Counted from the first letter of the stretch, positions 12,455 to 37,885 are shown. The stretch: DNA of 64,000 bases from Macrostomum lignano (GCA_002269645.1 NIVC01001159.1:175414-239413); one strand, 5' to 3'. Program-made: numbers and translations. The notes: a model not told the origin generated them from the letters alone.

Positions 12455-13696
12455 CTACTTCGCCGCAGCGTGCGTCAGGGCCGCCCTCGTCGCCCCTCCT
12501 CTGCCAGCCGCGGCGCCGCCGTTGCCCCGGCAGAAGATGCGCCGCAGGTCGTCTCTGAAGTTGGCGTTCATGAAGCAGTAGATGATGGGGTTGGTGGCGT
12601 GCGCCATGTAGTACAGGTAGAAGATCAGCAGGCTGAAGGGCGCCAGGCCGACGATCATGAGGGCGGCCGGGACAAAAGTGCAGGCGAACACGACGGCCAC
12701 GACGAACAGCATAGCGGCGGTCTTCAGGTTCTGCATCGCGTCGCTGTCCCGCGACGGCAGCACCGAGCGGCGTCGCTTTTTCATCGGCAAGTGCTCCTGC
12801 TGCTCATGCTGCTGCTGCTCGCTGTGGTGGCCGTGGGCGTCGGCTTCTTCGTCTGGAGCCACCTCAACGTGATCGGCTGCTGGGCTGGCCGCGGTCGGAG
12901 CCGCCTCGTCTCCGGGCGTTGAGCGCCGCGGGTTGAGCCGCTGCTGGCCTTTGAGCTCGCGGCGTTTGCGCCGCATGGCCAGCACGGAGCGGTAGATGCA
13001 GACGTAGAGCGCTACGACCAGCGAGATGCAGATGCCGAACAGGGACACGTGCACCCGCTGGAATACGTGGAAGAAGGCCAAGCTGGCGTCGGAGACGTGC
13101 AGAGCGCTGGAGTTCAGCTTCTTGATGTCGTTGATCTCCTTGCACTGGCCCTGGCTGGCGTACTGCCAGGTGCCGTTCGGGCCGGACTGGGCCACCACGC
13201 CGCTGCAGAAGGCAGCTGTGGTGACGCCGAGGGCCAGAGCCAGGCCGCCCAGGCTGAGCACAATTGCTCGAGCTCTGGGCAGGGTGATGGCGCGCAAGAA
13301 GGGCCGGCAGATGCAGAAGTACCGATCAACTGCGATGGCCGACATCAGCATGCAGCTGAACGGGATGCCGCTGGCGTTCACCAGGTAGTAGAGCTTGCAG
13401 ACGATCAGGTGAGTTCGGAAGTCCACCAGCTCCATGAATAGCGTCATGGGAATCACCAGGGTGCAGGCGATCATGTCGGAAGCGGCCAGGGACAGGATGA
13501 AGATGTTGGCCGTCTGTTTGTCCTTCTTCTGCGAGTAGACGTAGAGCACCACCGAGTTGCCGATGGAGCCGATGATGCTGATTGTCACCAGCTCGGCGTA
13601 GGAGATCAGCCGGATGGTGCGGCTGATCTCGCCAGCTTCGAGCTCTGCGTCCGTTGGGGTGCTCGTCGAAATGATATCAGCCACCGTTGTGTCCAT
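12455..13696 (-). CDS. Class A (rhodopsin-like) GPCR, peptide-receptor-like orphan, uninterrupted coding exon, ~413 aa
   Basis: GN in TM1 (GSIGNSVV), LAASD in TM2, DRY (AVDRYFCIC), TM6 FACTFVP, TM7 NPIIY, helix 8 NFR. Likely start MDTT at 13696, preceded by a catttcag acceptor at ~13731. Confidence 0.92.
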   Translation of the reverse strand: MDTTVADIISTSTPTDAELEAGEISRTIRLISYAELVTISIIGSIGNSVVLYVYSQKKDKQTANIFILSLAASDMIACTLVIPMTLFMELVDFRTHLIVCKLYYLVNASGIPFSCMLMSAIAVDRYFCICRPFLRAITLPRARAIVLSLGGLALALGVTTAAFCSGVVAQSGPNGTWQYASQGQCKEINDIKKLNSSALHVSDASLAFFHVFQRVHVSLFGICISLVVALYVCIYRSVLAMRRKRRELKGQQRLNPRRSTPGDEAAPTAASPAADHVEVAPDEEADAHGHHSEQQQHEQQEHLPMKKRRRSVLPSRDSDAMQNLKTAAMLFVVAVVFACTFVPAALMIVGLAPFSLLIFYLYYMAHATNPIIYCFMNANFRDDLRRIFCRGNGGAAAGRGGATRAALTHAAAK

Positions 13697-15094
13697 GTTT
13701 ACGGTGCTGACAGGAGTCTGGCAATGTCTTCTGAAATGGTTTGCGGTGGAATTATTTATTTTAAGCATAGGTGTGACAGGCGGTGCTGGATTCAATTCTA
13801 GGACCCCCCACCAAGCTAGCGTAGGTGTGACAGGCGGTGCTAGATTGAGTTCTTGGGCGTTAATTGAGCCCATAGGACGCCACGTTTGTACGCGTTCAGT
13901 CATGGCATCCAGTTGGTTACCATGGCAACAAAAATATTTACATCTGGATTATAGGTGGATTGTAAGCAAAAGCGGTCTAATAGTGAGTGAGCACTAAAAA
14001 ATTCCACTGCAGGCAGGCAGTCTCTATCAGATTTCGCTGTATCAAAAAGCGCCTCAGACGCTGAGATGCGGACAGAAGAATCTGGGCCTTCATTAGCCGA
14101 TGCCGCAGAGCCATCATTCGATTTTGAGCAGGACAAATTTCCAACGTGCCGGGACTGCATCATATTTCGCTGCTGAGATGGCGGGCCTTCCGTCAGCAAC
14201 CCCCGGCCCCTGATTTGATTATGCCAAGGATAAACATCTCTGCGTGCGCTTCACTCGCAGTCGTGGCAGAATTTTAAACAGCAGCACCCAGCAGCACATT
14301 GCCCGGCCTTCATAAACTTCACTGCCGCGGGAACAATCCATCAAACTTCAATGACATCCAGCGGGTCAAGTAGAAAATTGGTGAGAGAGCCAATTTTAGG
14401 AAAGAACTCGCCAGCACAGGGGGCAGCCGAGGGTGACAACTTCAAAGCCGAGACCGAGGATGCGGCAAGAAGCCATGCGGATGTCACATTGACTCCCACG
14501 TCCTCTGCCCTCTTCGCACCCTCCTCCCCCTCCATTGTCGGTGACGAACTGTGCCATCCCCATCAGCTGGCTGGGACTCAAAGTTAGCCGTTGACTCTGC
14601 TAGTTGCCATGCGAAGTGATTTTTCCCAGCAGGCCGGCCCTCCTTCCCTGGTTACACGCTGGCCCTTCGCGGCAGTGGGATGCCGACTTAGCGGGGATAA
14701 ATTATTAATTCCCACCAGCAGACTGAGCCCCAGTCTGAGGCCCCGCAACTAAGAATGCCATTACGTGGCGCCAATGCTCCTCTTATTTCTCAAAACTTCA
14801 TCCAGCAGTCAGCCAGCCTGAGAAGCGGCCCTGTCAATCTGCCGCAAGTGAAAGCGGAGCCCCCAGCCGGCTTACTGGGCTAACTGGCGGCCTGCAGCAG
14901 GCTTTGTTCACTTTTGTCTTTTTCTCCTGGACTGAGACAGCAAATCCAAGTGGCTGCCTTCTTGTCAGGCCTGTCAGTCACCCGGCTGATGTCCTGTCTG
15001 TAGCCTGCGTCTTGGACCACTTTGATTGTCCATTGTTCTCTGCACCGGGACCACCGCAAACCCTTGCTTCAGTCCCTCATGTGGGTCCCTCCGT

Positions 15095-15562
15095 CTCATC
15101 TCCTCTCTCCCTCCTTCTCACATTCTGTCTCCCTCCGTCTCACCCTCTCTCTCCCTCCGTCTCACCCTCTCTCTCCCTCCGTCTAACCCTCTCTCTCCCT
15201 CCGTCTCACCCTCTCTCCCCCTCCTTTTCACCTTCTCTCTCTTACCTATTTCCCTTCGTCTAACCCTCTCCCCGTCTCACCCTCTCCCCGTCTCACCCTC
15301 TCCCCGTCTCACCCTCTCCCCGTCTAACCCTCTCCCCGTCTCACCCTCTCCCGTCTCACCCTCTCTCCCCCTCCTTCTCACCTTCTCTCTCTTACCTATT
15401 TCTCTTCGTCTAACCCTCTCCCCGTTTCACCCTCTCCCTGTCTAACCCTCTCCCCGTCTCACCCTCTCCCCGTCTCACCCTCTCCCCGTCTCACCCTCTC
15501 CCCGCCTCACCCTCTCCCCGCCTCACCCTCTCCCCGTCTCACCCTCTCCCCGTTTCACCCCC
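15095..15562. repeat. CT-rich ~14-bp minisatellite (ccgtctcaccctct)
   Basis: Direct reading. Confidence 0.85.
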
Positions 15563-16112
15563 CTTTGTGTCACCATGTCTCCCTCTGTCCTGACCACTTC
15601 GCTACCTCACCACCTGCTGCTATCCAACTCATTCAATTCTCATATCGGCAAGCATCAAAGACTTCAGTAATAATTAATGGGTGGCATAAATTCAGCTGCT
15701 GGGCCCTCAAAAAGTCCGTCAGGATCCACAGCCGACTCACTCCAGCGTCCAGCCAAATTTATAATTGTTCCGGACCGTCTTTGATTGTAAATCAAACAGA
15801 GAATAAAATATGGATAAGTCCCTCACGGTGGTTGCTAGGTACAGAAAAAGTCCCTCCGGCCGGACTCTAAACCCATCTAGGACACAGCCTTGAGTAGAAA
15901 AGCTCAGACTGCTTAACTCACGCCTCACTCCTTCGCCCAACCCTTTACCCGTATCCCCCATTTTATAATAGAGTTTGGGGCGGGCGCCCTGCTCTGGGTT
16001 AATTATCAATTCTAGATCTCACTGGACCCAGCGGCTGGCGGCCCTGTGTGACAATGGTGCTTAATTGATTAATTCGTAGGCCCAATTCTGATTAAGATGC
16101 ATGGAAAGGAGC

Positions 16113-16550
16113 GCACTGATTTAAGAGCGCACTGATGTGAGGGCGCACTGATGTGTAAGCGGGCACTGATGTGTAAGCTGGCACTGATGTAAGCGGGCAC
16201 TGGTGTGTAAGCGGGCACTGATGTGTAAGCTGGCACTGATGTAAGCGGGCACTGGTGTGTAAGCGGGCACTGATGTAAGCGGGTACTGATGTAAGCGGGA
16301 ACTGATGTGTAAGCGGGCACTGATGTAAGCGGGTACTGATGTAAGCGGGAACTGATGTGTAAGCGGGAACTGATGTGTAAGCGGGTACTGATGTAAGCGG
16401 GCACTGATGTGTAAGCGGGCACTGATGTAAGCGGGCACTGATGTGTAAGCGGGCACTGGTGTGTAAGCGGGCACTGATGTAAGCGGGCACTGATGTGTAA
16501 GCGGGCACTGATGTAAGCGGGCACTGATATAAGCGGGCACTGATGTAAGC
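16113..16550. repeat. 16/18-bp minisatellite (aagcgggcactgatgt[gt])
   Basis: About 25 tandem copies of two length variants. Confidence 0.9.
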
Positions 16551-17689
16551 AGGCTTTAATGTAGCCGTGACGTGGCAGGGTTGCACAAAGCCGTGTTCAA
16601 GTGCGCCAGATCTCCCAAGCCCTGCTGCATGCTGGCAATCCAAAATTGCTTTACTTTAGTAAAAAGTTTCTTTAGACAATTATTGACCCTCGCTGCTATG
16701 TCACTGTCAGCCTCTCTCACCTTTTCAATCTAATGGATTGCTCAGCTCAATACTAATAAAATTATACATTAATCCCCTAGGCTGGTTTCCCAGCCTCTCC
16801 GCTCCATCTTCAGCCAGCCAGTATAAAGGGCATTATAAAATAAGGAGGCCAGCTCGGGTCGGCCTCAAATTGAGATTTGAAGTGCGCAGGCCTGGCAGCC
16901 TCTCCTTCACGGGGGCCTGCAAGATTTCGGCGTGCAGAGGCGGCAGCGCTGGCAGAAGCCAATCTTAATGAGCCACTTATCGCCCCCCCCCCCGAAAAAA
17001 CGGCCCTCATCAACGGGGCGGCTGTGAGAGCTCTCGGCCGGAACAGCTCTGAGATTTGGGGCCGCGCCAGTCGGCCTTATTCTTGAGCTCCAGAGACTTT
17101 GCTGTCAGTGTCAACAAGCCCCAACCCGGGCAGTACTTTTTACTTCGGCAGTCATAAAACTCCCAGTGATCTATTGATTGGCCAATCGGTTCCTCTATAT
17201 AGGCCGATCTCGGCCCCTCATCTGCACAGACAGCAAGGGGGGGCATCTCTCGCAGGTGGCATGTTTCCTAGAAATGCGCGGCGGGGGCGGGGAGGGGTGA
17301 GAGATTTAATGCTCGCTTGGGAGCAGGGTGAGCTGCTGCATTTTATCCGCAGTTGGGTTGTAAATTTCACGCTAAATTGCCCCGGGGGGGGGCAAGGCCC
17401 CCTCGCCTCTTCCTTCCTCCCCGCCCCTGTCAGCTGCACTTGGGACTCAAAGAAACTGAAAGCAAAAATGCAGGAAATTTGCATAATGAGGGCAAGCCAG
17501 GAAGCCTGGAGGAAGCGCTTTTTGCGGTACCGAGATGAAAAATGACAAAACAGAATCTTGGGAGAGAGGGGAAAGAGTTTTACGACAAAATGGCAACTTA
17601 TAGACAATGCTGGATAGAGACAGGTTGCTTTACAGTGCAGTAAAAGTTTAAATGAGCGACTGAGAGACTGAGTTCACGGGTTTCTGACT

Positions 17690-18125
17690 TCGTGAGCTTA
17701 TGAGCGAGTTCATGAGCGAGTTCATGAGCGATTTCATACTCGTACGAGAACTCATGATACAGTTGATGAGGGAGTTCATGAGGGATTAATTCACGTGAAA
17801 TTTCAAGAGCAAGTTCACGAATAAAGTTCACGAAGGAAGTTCACGAGGGAGTTCATGAGCTCATACGAGAATTCTTTATTATGGAGATCATGAGTGAGTT
17901 CCCGTGAGAGTTCACGAGGGTGTTCATGTGAAAGTTCATGAGGGAGTTCACGAGAGATTTTACGTGAAAGTTCACGAGGGAGTTCATGAATGAGTTCATA
18001 CGAGAATTCATTAGGGAGTTCATGAGGGACTTCATGAGGGAGTTCATGAGTTCATGGGAGAATTCATTAGGGAGTTCATGAGTTCATTAGGGAATTCATT
18101 AGGGAGTTCATACGGGAGTTCATGA
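17690..18125. repeat. Degenerate ~12-bp repeat (gttcatgaggga)
   Basis: Direct reading. Confidence 0.8.
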
Positions 18126-18699
18126 GTGATCTCATTAGAGAAGCAGAAAGCCGGCAGTAAAGACGGGCAAGCGCAGTTCAGCAGTGGGGGATCAAAGGAG
18201 CCGGGGCCATTTTGGGGCGGCATTTTAATCCCCGATCCCAAAGCGGCGGAAGCGGCCCCGAATGCTTGTTTATATTCCGCCCCCCTCTCTCCCTTCGGGC
18301 GGTCGGAGCCATTGAGCTTCGGAATAAATTCTGCAGGAATTAAGCATGCGCCAGGAAGCAACGGTTCGAGCTGAATTTTTGTCTGAGAAAACTAAAAAAC
18401 TTACTGAAAAGACAGAAGTGCAGAAGGGAAGCAAACTTATCCAGCTCAAATTTGCTTTGCCGGGGTCTCCAGTGAGCCTTTTCTGCCAACTCGCTTTCAA
18501 CTTAACTGCTCTGATCTTTCCGCTCAGGCGGAGTTGACTCTCTGGTAGACAGTGCCCCCCCCCCCAGGGGATCTGGAGGTTGAGTTAGTGCTGGGCTAGG
18601 GTTAGGGTTAGGGCTATGGTTAGGGTCAGCTAGGAAACACCAGGTATCGGATCAATCAGTTCTTCTTCGTGTAGCCTGCTGCGTCAGAGAGATATTAAA

Positions 18700-19570
18700 T
18701 TGAAGCGATAGAGACAGATACTCAGCTGCTCACTTTGCTCTGCCAGAATTTACTCAAGGCGTGTTGACAGATCAATTTTACCTGTCAGTCGGTTCTGTCG
18801 GCTTCGAGAACTTCGAATCCAGCAGCAATGATTGACGATCTCGGTCGGGGACCTGGCAGGCGGCACGCCCAGAACTGGTCGGAGCGAGCGGTCAGGTCAG
18901 CTTCTGCCGGGCATCCGCGCCCCTCTGATGCCCGGCTGTTTCATTGAAAAGTGCCCGGGCCAGCGCCAAGAGCTGCCATTGGTCCGCTGCCACTGAACCA
19001 ATGGGATTCAGTTGAGTGAGCGAAGCCTGTCCTGACTAACTAGGAGACCCCTTTGGAGATTTTATCTGATGTTGTGATGACTCACTCATCTCCATGAACC
19101 CACTGACTCAAGCTGATCCACTGGACCTCCACTGTTTCACAATGACTCTCACGAATATCCATTGACCTCCACTGACTCCTACTGACTCCCACTGACTCCC
19201 ACTGACTCCCACTGAATCCCACGGACTCCCACTGACTCCCACTGACTCCCACTGACTCCCACTGACTCCCACTGACTCCCACAGACTCCCACAGACTCCC
19301 ACTGACTCCCACTGACTCCCAATGACTCCCACTGACTCCCATTGACTCCCATTGACTCCCACTGACTCCCAGCTCTGCAGACCGCCCGCTCCGACTAATA
19401 TTGGCATGCCGCCTCCCAAGGGTCCCGGGGTCTTCAGTCATTCTCTAAAGAGTCGAAGTTCCCGGATCCGACAGAACCTGCTGACATATAAAATTAATTT
19501 GTTAACAGGCGTTGAGCAAATTCTGGCAGAGCAAAGTGAGCAGCATGTGTCTCTCTCCATCGCTCCTTGA
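18700..19570. repeat. Diverged inverted repeat, ~115-bp arms (18700..18815 / 19455..19570)
   Basis: The reverse complement of the left arm (ccgacagaaccgactgacaggtaaaattgatctgtcaacacgccttgagtaaattctggcagagcaaagtgagcagc) matches the right arm (ccgacagaacctgctgacatataaaattaatttgttaacaggcgttgagcaaattctggcagagcaaagtgagcagc). Confidence 0.8.
19165..19370. repeat. 10-bp minisatellite (actgactccc)
   Basis: About 20 copies. Confidence 0.9.
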
Positions 19571-19826
19571 TTTCCTCCTATGCAAGCGATAAAAGTAAAA
19601 AGTTAAGAAAACATTTTTTGCTTCTGCGAAGCAGACAGAAAATTTGATTGAGTTGACAAGAAGTTGCTAAATTTTTTCGCTCTGACTGGAAATCAAAAAA
19701 ATAGCAGAGTTGTGCAACGCTACAGAGTTTCTTGTCCGACACCAAAGTTGCACAGAGCCCATATTGTTAGCTTGTCATCAGTGAGTCAGAGTTGCCAGGA
19801 TCACCGTCCGTATCAGCCGAGTCTCC

Positions 19827-32208
<12,382 letters not shown>

Positions 32209-33714
32209 GCTCAGAACTGTTTGATGTTGAGCTTCAAATGAAGATTGCAATGATAAACGCTGGACTGTGTCGCTGAAACGCTGTCTCGGCCGCTCCTGTG
32301 CGAAGGGCGCGTTTTGGTCTTATAAAACTTTGCGAGGTCCGCGGACTGGGGGGGGGGGCGCTGGCTTCAAAACATCTGCTGGCTTTGGGAGTCGACTGGG
32401 CTTTCCAAACTCCCTCCCTAATCCCTCCGCTCCATTCTCGCCAATAGCCTTGAGATGGCGGGATCGATCGGCCACGCGCTCCGAGTCTATCTCTCAATAC
32501 CAGCGGCGCTTCCATTGTTGGTGATATGTTTTGGAAAAACTCAAAGGCAGGGGAGGGGTTCCCCGAACCACCTGCAAAACTCACTCGTAGCTCTCAACCC
32601 CCTCCCAGAGCCGTCAACAATCCTCTTGCTGAAGGTCGCCCTGTCTGGAGGTCAGTCTGTCTGGAGAGCAGCGTGGGCCATAAAGCAGTGGGTGACAGCG
32701 AGTCCGAAGGTTCTCTGGAACTTGTAAGTAAACTCCAACTGTTATAGTTTTCATTGAGTAGTTTATCGGAGCACTCAAGAGTAGATGCGGCAAACGGCGA
32801 CTCAGATCAGACGTAGGAGCTCAGTTCCATCGACTTGTGCGATTAAAGGTGCTCGGCTGTTAAGGTGAGTGCTTCTCAGCGCTGCTTAAATTATGCGTTA
32901 CTATGGACCTCTAAAGGAATCTTGATGGGCTCGCGAAAATGCTTTCTGGTTTCTTCGATGGGTTATGATTTAAACTTCAATACCCGTTAGTGTTTGGTGC
33001 CAGTTATGATGCTATGGTAAATTACTTTGGATTGTATTCAGGATCTCCAGATGAATGCTTAGATAAATCTCTAGACATGTCTTTACACTGTCTTTTGGAG
33101 CGATCTCAAGATCCTTCCTATATACTAAAAATGAGTTGTCTGTGGGTATGCGATAGATTTCAGAAAAATTGGCTCAACCGATTTTCTTCAAACTTGCACC
33201 ATTCGATCAGAAATTTTCCTGGGACGGTACATGCATCTTGGCTAAGAAATTGCTCAATGTTAAAGGGATTAAATATTCGAAAAACATGCTTTTTTGCAAA
33301 GGTCAAGCCAAATTTTCCACTTGAAATGCATTGTAAGAATGCTAGAGAAAAAAACTGACTGGCTGAATTCCGATTGTGATAAAGATTGCATCACAACAAG
33401 TTGAAAACAGTGTCAAAGAAACGCACACACGACTTGAATTGAAATTGCGTAACCATATTGCCAACTTAAATTGAGACTGATACTGGCTGACTGAGAAATT
33501 GATTATGTCATAACTTTTTGCTCCAATTGACTTGCTGTAAGAATTGAATTATAAGGGCCACAATTCATGTTCTCCAATTGAAAAAAGATAGCCCTGATGC
33601 GAACAGACTGGAATGCTAATGTAGCGACCTGGGTTCGAATCTTAGTAGTGCAAAATAGATTTTTTTTATTAAAACACCTTAAAACAAAAAACTGCTAAAC
33701 ATAAAAGAAGTGCA

Positions 33715-36700
33715 ATGTCAAACATAGAAGAGCCACCATGTCGAACATTAAAGAGCCAACATATCGAACATAAAAGAGTTACCTGGTCAAACATAAAAGA
33801 GCCACCATGTCAAACCTAAATGAGCCACCATGTCTAATATTTAAGAGGCACCATGTAAAACATATAAGTGACTTTATGTCAAACATAAAAGAGCCACCAT
33901 TTCGAACATTAAACAGCCACCATTTCGAACATTAAAGAGCCACCATGTTGAACATAAAAGAGCCACTATTTCGAACATTAAAGAGCCACCATTTCGAACA
34001 TTAAAGAGCCACCATGTCGAACAATAAAGAGCCACCATGTCAAAAATTAAACAGCCACCATGTTTAACAATAAAGAGCCACCATGTCAAACATTAAAGAG
34101 GCACCATGTCGAACATTAAAGAGCCATCATTACAGACATTAAGGTGCCACCAGGTCAAACATAAAAGAGCCACCATGTCTAACATTAACGAGTCACCATG
34201 TCAAACATTAAAGAGCCACCATGTCAAACATTAAAGAGCCACCATGTCAAACATTAAAGAGCCACCATGTCAAACATATACATGACTCCATGTCAAACAT
34301 TAAAGAGCCACCATGTCGAACATAAATGAGCTACCATGTCAAACATAAAAGAAAAACCATGTCAAACATTAAAGAGCCACCATGTCGAACATAAAAGAGC
34401 CACCATGTCGAACATTAAAGAGCCACCATGTAAAACATTAAGAGCCACATTGTCAAACACTAAAGAGCCACTATGTCGAACCTAAAAGAGCCACCATGTC
34501 GAACAATAAAGAGCCACCATTTCAAACATTAAAGAGCCACCATGTCAAACATTAAAGAGCCACCATGTCAAACATTAAAGAGCCACCATGTCAAACATTA
34601 AAGAGCCACCATGTCAAACATAAAAGAGCCACCATGTCAAACATTAAAGAGCCATCATGTCAAACATTAAAGAGCCACCATGTCAAACATTAAAGAGCCA
34701 CCATGTCAAACATTAAAGAGCCACCATGTCAAACATTAAAGAGCCACCATATCAAACATTAAAGAGCTACCATGTCAAACATTAAAGAGCCACCATGTCA
34801 AACATTAATGAGCCACCATGTCAAACATTTAACATTTAACATTAAAGAGCCACCATGTCAAACATTAAAGAGCCACCATGTCAAACATAAAAGAGCCACC
34901 ATTTCGAACACTAAAGAGCCACTATGTCGAACCTAAAAGAGCCACCATGTCGAACAATAAAGAGCCACCATTTCAAACATTAAAGAGCCACCATGTCAAA
35001 CATTAAAGAGCCACCATGTCAAACATAAAAGAGCCACCATTTCGAACACTAAAGAGCCACTATGTCGAACCTAAAAGAGCCACCATGTCGAACAATAAAG
35101 AGCCACCATTTCAAACATTAAAGAGCCACCATGTCAAACATTAAAGAGCCACCATGTCAAACATTAAAGAGCCACCATGTCAAACATTAAAGAGCCACCA
35201 TGTCAAACATAAAAGAGCCACCATGTCAAACATTAAAGAGCCATCATGTCAAACATTAAAGAGCCACCATGTCAAACATTAAAGAGCCACCATGTCAAAC
35301 ATTAAAGAGCCACCATGTCAAACATTAAAGAGCCACCATATCAAACATTAAAGAGCTACCATGTCAAACATTAAAGAGCCACCATGTCAAACATTAATGA
35401 GCCACCATGTCAAACATTTAATATTTAACATTAAAGAGCCACCATGTCAAACATTAAAGAGCCACCATGTCAAACATAAAAGAGCCACCACTTCGAACAT
35501 AAAAGAGCCACCATGTCGAACATTAAAGAGCCACCATGTCGAAAAAAGAGCCACCATGTTAAACATTAAAGAGCCACCATGTCAAACATTAAAGAGCCAC
35601 AATGTCAAACATTAAAGAGCCACCATGTCAAACATTAAAGAGCTACCATGTCAAACATTAAAGAGCCACCATGTCAAACATTAAAGAGCTACCATGTCAA
35701 ACATTAAAGAGCCACCATGTCAAACATTAAAGAGCCACCATGTCAAACATAAAAGAGCACCATGTCGAACATAAAAGAGCCACCATGGGGAACATTAAAG
35801 AGCCACTATGTCAAACATAAAAGAGCCACCATGTCAAACATATACGTGACTCCATGTCAAACATTAAAGAGCCACCATGTCAAACAACTGAGCCACCATG
35901 TCAAACATAACAGAGCCACCATGCCAAACATAAAAGAGCACCATGTCGAACATAAAAGAGCCACCATGTCAAACATATACGTGACTCCATGTCAAACATT
36001 AAAGCGCCACCATGTGAAACATATATGTGACTCCATGTCAAACATAAGAGGGCCAACATTGCGAACATTAAAGAGCCATTTCGTCAAACATATACGTGAC
36101 TCCGTGTCAAACATAAAAGAGCAACATGTCGAATATAAAATAGCCATCATGTCAAATATAAAAGAGCCACTATGCCAAACATAAAAGTGCCACCATGTCG
36201 AACATAAAAGAGCCACCATGTCAAACATATACGTAACTCCATGTCAAACAACTGAGCCACCATGTCAAACAACTGAGCCACCATGTCAAACAACTGAGCC
36301 ACCATGTCAAACAACTGAGCCACCATGTCAAACAACTGAGCCACCATGTCAAACAACTGAGCCACCATGTCAAACAACTGAGCCACCATGTCAAACAACT
36401 GAGCCACCATGTCAAACAACTGAGCCACCATGTCAAACAACTGAGCCACCATGTCAAACAACTGAGCCACCATGTCAAACAACTGAGCCACCATGTCAAA
36501 CAACTGAGCCACCATGTCAAACAACTGAGCCACCATGTCAAACAACTGAGCCACCATGTCAAACAACTGAGCCACCATGTCAAACAACTGAGCCACCATG
36601 TCAAACATAACAGAGACACCATTTTAAACGTAAAAGGGCCGCCATGGCAAACATAGAAGAGCCATCATGTCGAACATTAAAGAGCCACCATGTCAAACAT

Positions 36701-36800
36701 AGAAGAGACGTCATGTCAAACATAGAAGAGCCACAATTTCAAACATAAAAGAGCCACCGTTTCAAACATAAAAGAGACACCGTTTCAAACATAAAAAGTG
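33715..36800. repeat. 23-bp satellite (attaaagagccaccatgtcaaac), with a perfect 21-bp sub-array at 36240..36605
   Basis: tcaaacatta at 34201 and 34224; sub-array unit aactgagccaccatgtcaaac. Confidence 0.95.
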
Positions 36801-36904
36801 TCATGCCAAACAAAACGGAGCCACTATAAAGCTAAGGAAATTGTTGCACTAGCTACTTGTTCTCTGTTGGATGATTGCTATTTAAGGATAGATACTTGCT
36901 ATCA

Positions 36905-37740
36905 GGGGGATGCTTGCTATCTGATGGATGCTTGCTATCTGAGGGATGCTTGCTATTGGTGGGATGCTTGCTACCGGAAGGATGCTTGCTACTGGGGTAA
37001 CTTGCTATTGGGAGATGCTTGCTCTTGGGGGTGGAGGGTACTGGCTATCTTGAGAGGGGGTTGCTAGATATCTATAAGGTCTCTTTGTATCCAGGTTATG
37101 CTTGCTATCTGGGGTTGCTTGCGGTCTGGGGGATGCTTGCTATCTTGGGGATGCTTGCTATCTGGGGGATGCTTGCTATCTGGGGGATGCTTGCTATCTG
37201 GGGGATGCTTGCTATCTGGGGGATGCTTGCTATCTGGCGGATGCTTGCTATCTGGGGGATGCTTGCTATCTGGCGGATGCTTGCTATCTGGGGTCTGGGG
37301 GATGCTTGCTATCTGGGGGATGCTTGCTATCTGGGGTTTCTTGTTATCGGGTGGATGCTTGCTATCTGGGGTTGCTTGCGGTCTGGGGGATGCTTGCTAT
37401 CTTGGGGATGCTTGCTATCTGGGGGATGCTTGCTATCTGGGGGATGCTTGCTATCTGGGGGATGCTTGCTATCTGGGGGATGCTTGCTATCTGGGGGATG
37501 CTTGCTATCTGGGGGATGCTTGCTATCTGGCGGATGCTTGCTATCTGGGGATGCTTGCTATCTGGCGGATGCTTGCTATCTGGGGTCTGGGGGATGCTTG
37601 CTATCTGGGGGATGCTTGCTATCTGGGGTTTCTTGCTATCGGATGGATGCTTGCTATCTATGGGATGCTTGAAGTCTGGGTGATGTTTGCTATTTAGGTA
37701 TCGATGCTTGAATGCTGTCTGGGGATGCTTGCTGTCTTGG
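36905..37740. repeat. 18-bp satellite (atctgggggatgcttgct)
   Basis: Direct reading; a shorter copy lies at 38700..38950. Confidence 0.92.
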
Positions 37741-37885
37741 GATGTTTTGTTTTTAGAGGAAATGTCTGTTGCTTTTTCATGAAGGCTTTATGACCCTGTC
37801 TATTTGTTATTTCTCTTGGAGTCTTTATTTGTAAAGAACAAGGATTCTATCCAGATGTCCCCCATCGGGGGGCGAAGATTGCTAG

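Larger units (their letters stand above)
33116..37885 (+). mobile_element. Non-autonomous Helitron-like element, copy 1 (4.77 kb, satellite-expanded)
   Basis: 5' TC (tcctatatactaaaaatgag); 3' GC hairpin tcccccatcgggggg about 10 nt before terminal CTAG (37882..37885); collinear with copy 2. Confidence 0.75.

Noticed and set aside
13697-13903. N-terminal 69-aa extension of the GPCR ORF (MTERVQ...) and the ~50-bp duplication at 13766..13870
   Set aside because: A strong acceptor (catttcag, ~13731) lies just upstream of MDTT, so the extension is probably intronic read-through.
14904-16643. Ser/Pro/Leu-rich and HQCPLT-repeat ORFs
   Set aside because: They derive from CT-rich and 16/18-bp minisatellites.
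18590-18630. TTAGGG-like telomeric motifs (also ~4900, ~7270, ~11125)
   Set aside because: Only 2-4 degenerate units; too short to call an interstitial telomere or telomerase-healing site.
32455-32747. Alternative first exon for WSC-B near 32585..32700
   Set aside because: The phase-1 frame contains a stop and no signal peptide; exon 32208-32124 fits both phase and signal-peptide expectation.
33715-36800. CRISPR-like regular repeat
   Set aside because: Contiguous units with no unique spacers, no cas genes, eukaryotic context.
35361-37697. Long repetitive ORFs (TTEPPCQ, LFDMVAQ, LGDACY, SGGCLL)
   Set aside because: These are by-products of stop-free 21-bp and 18-bp satellite units inside Helitron-like elements; no splice or start context.
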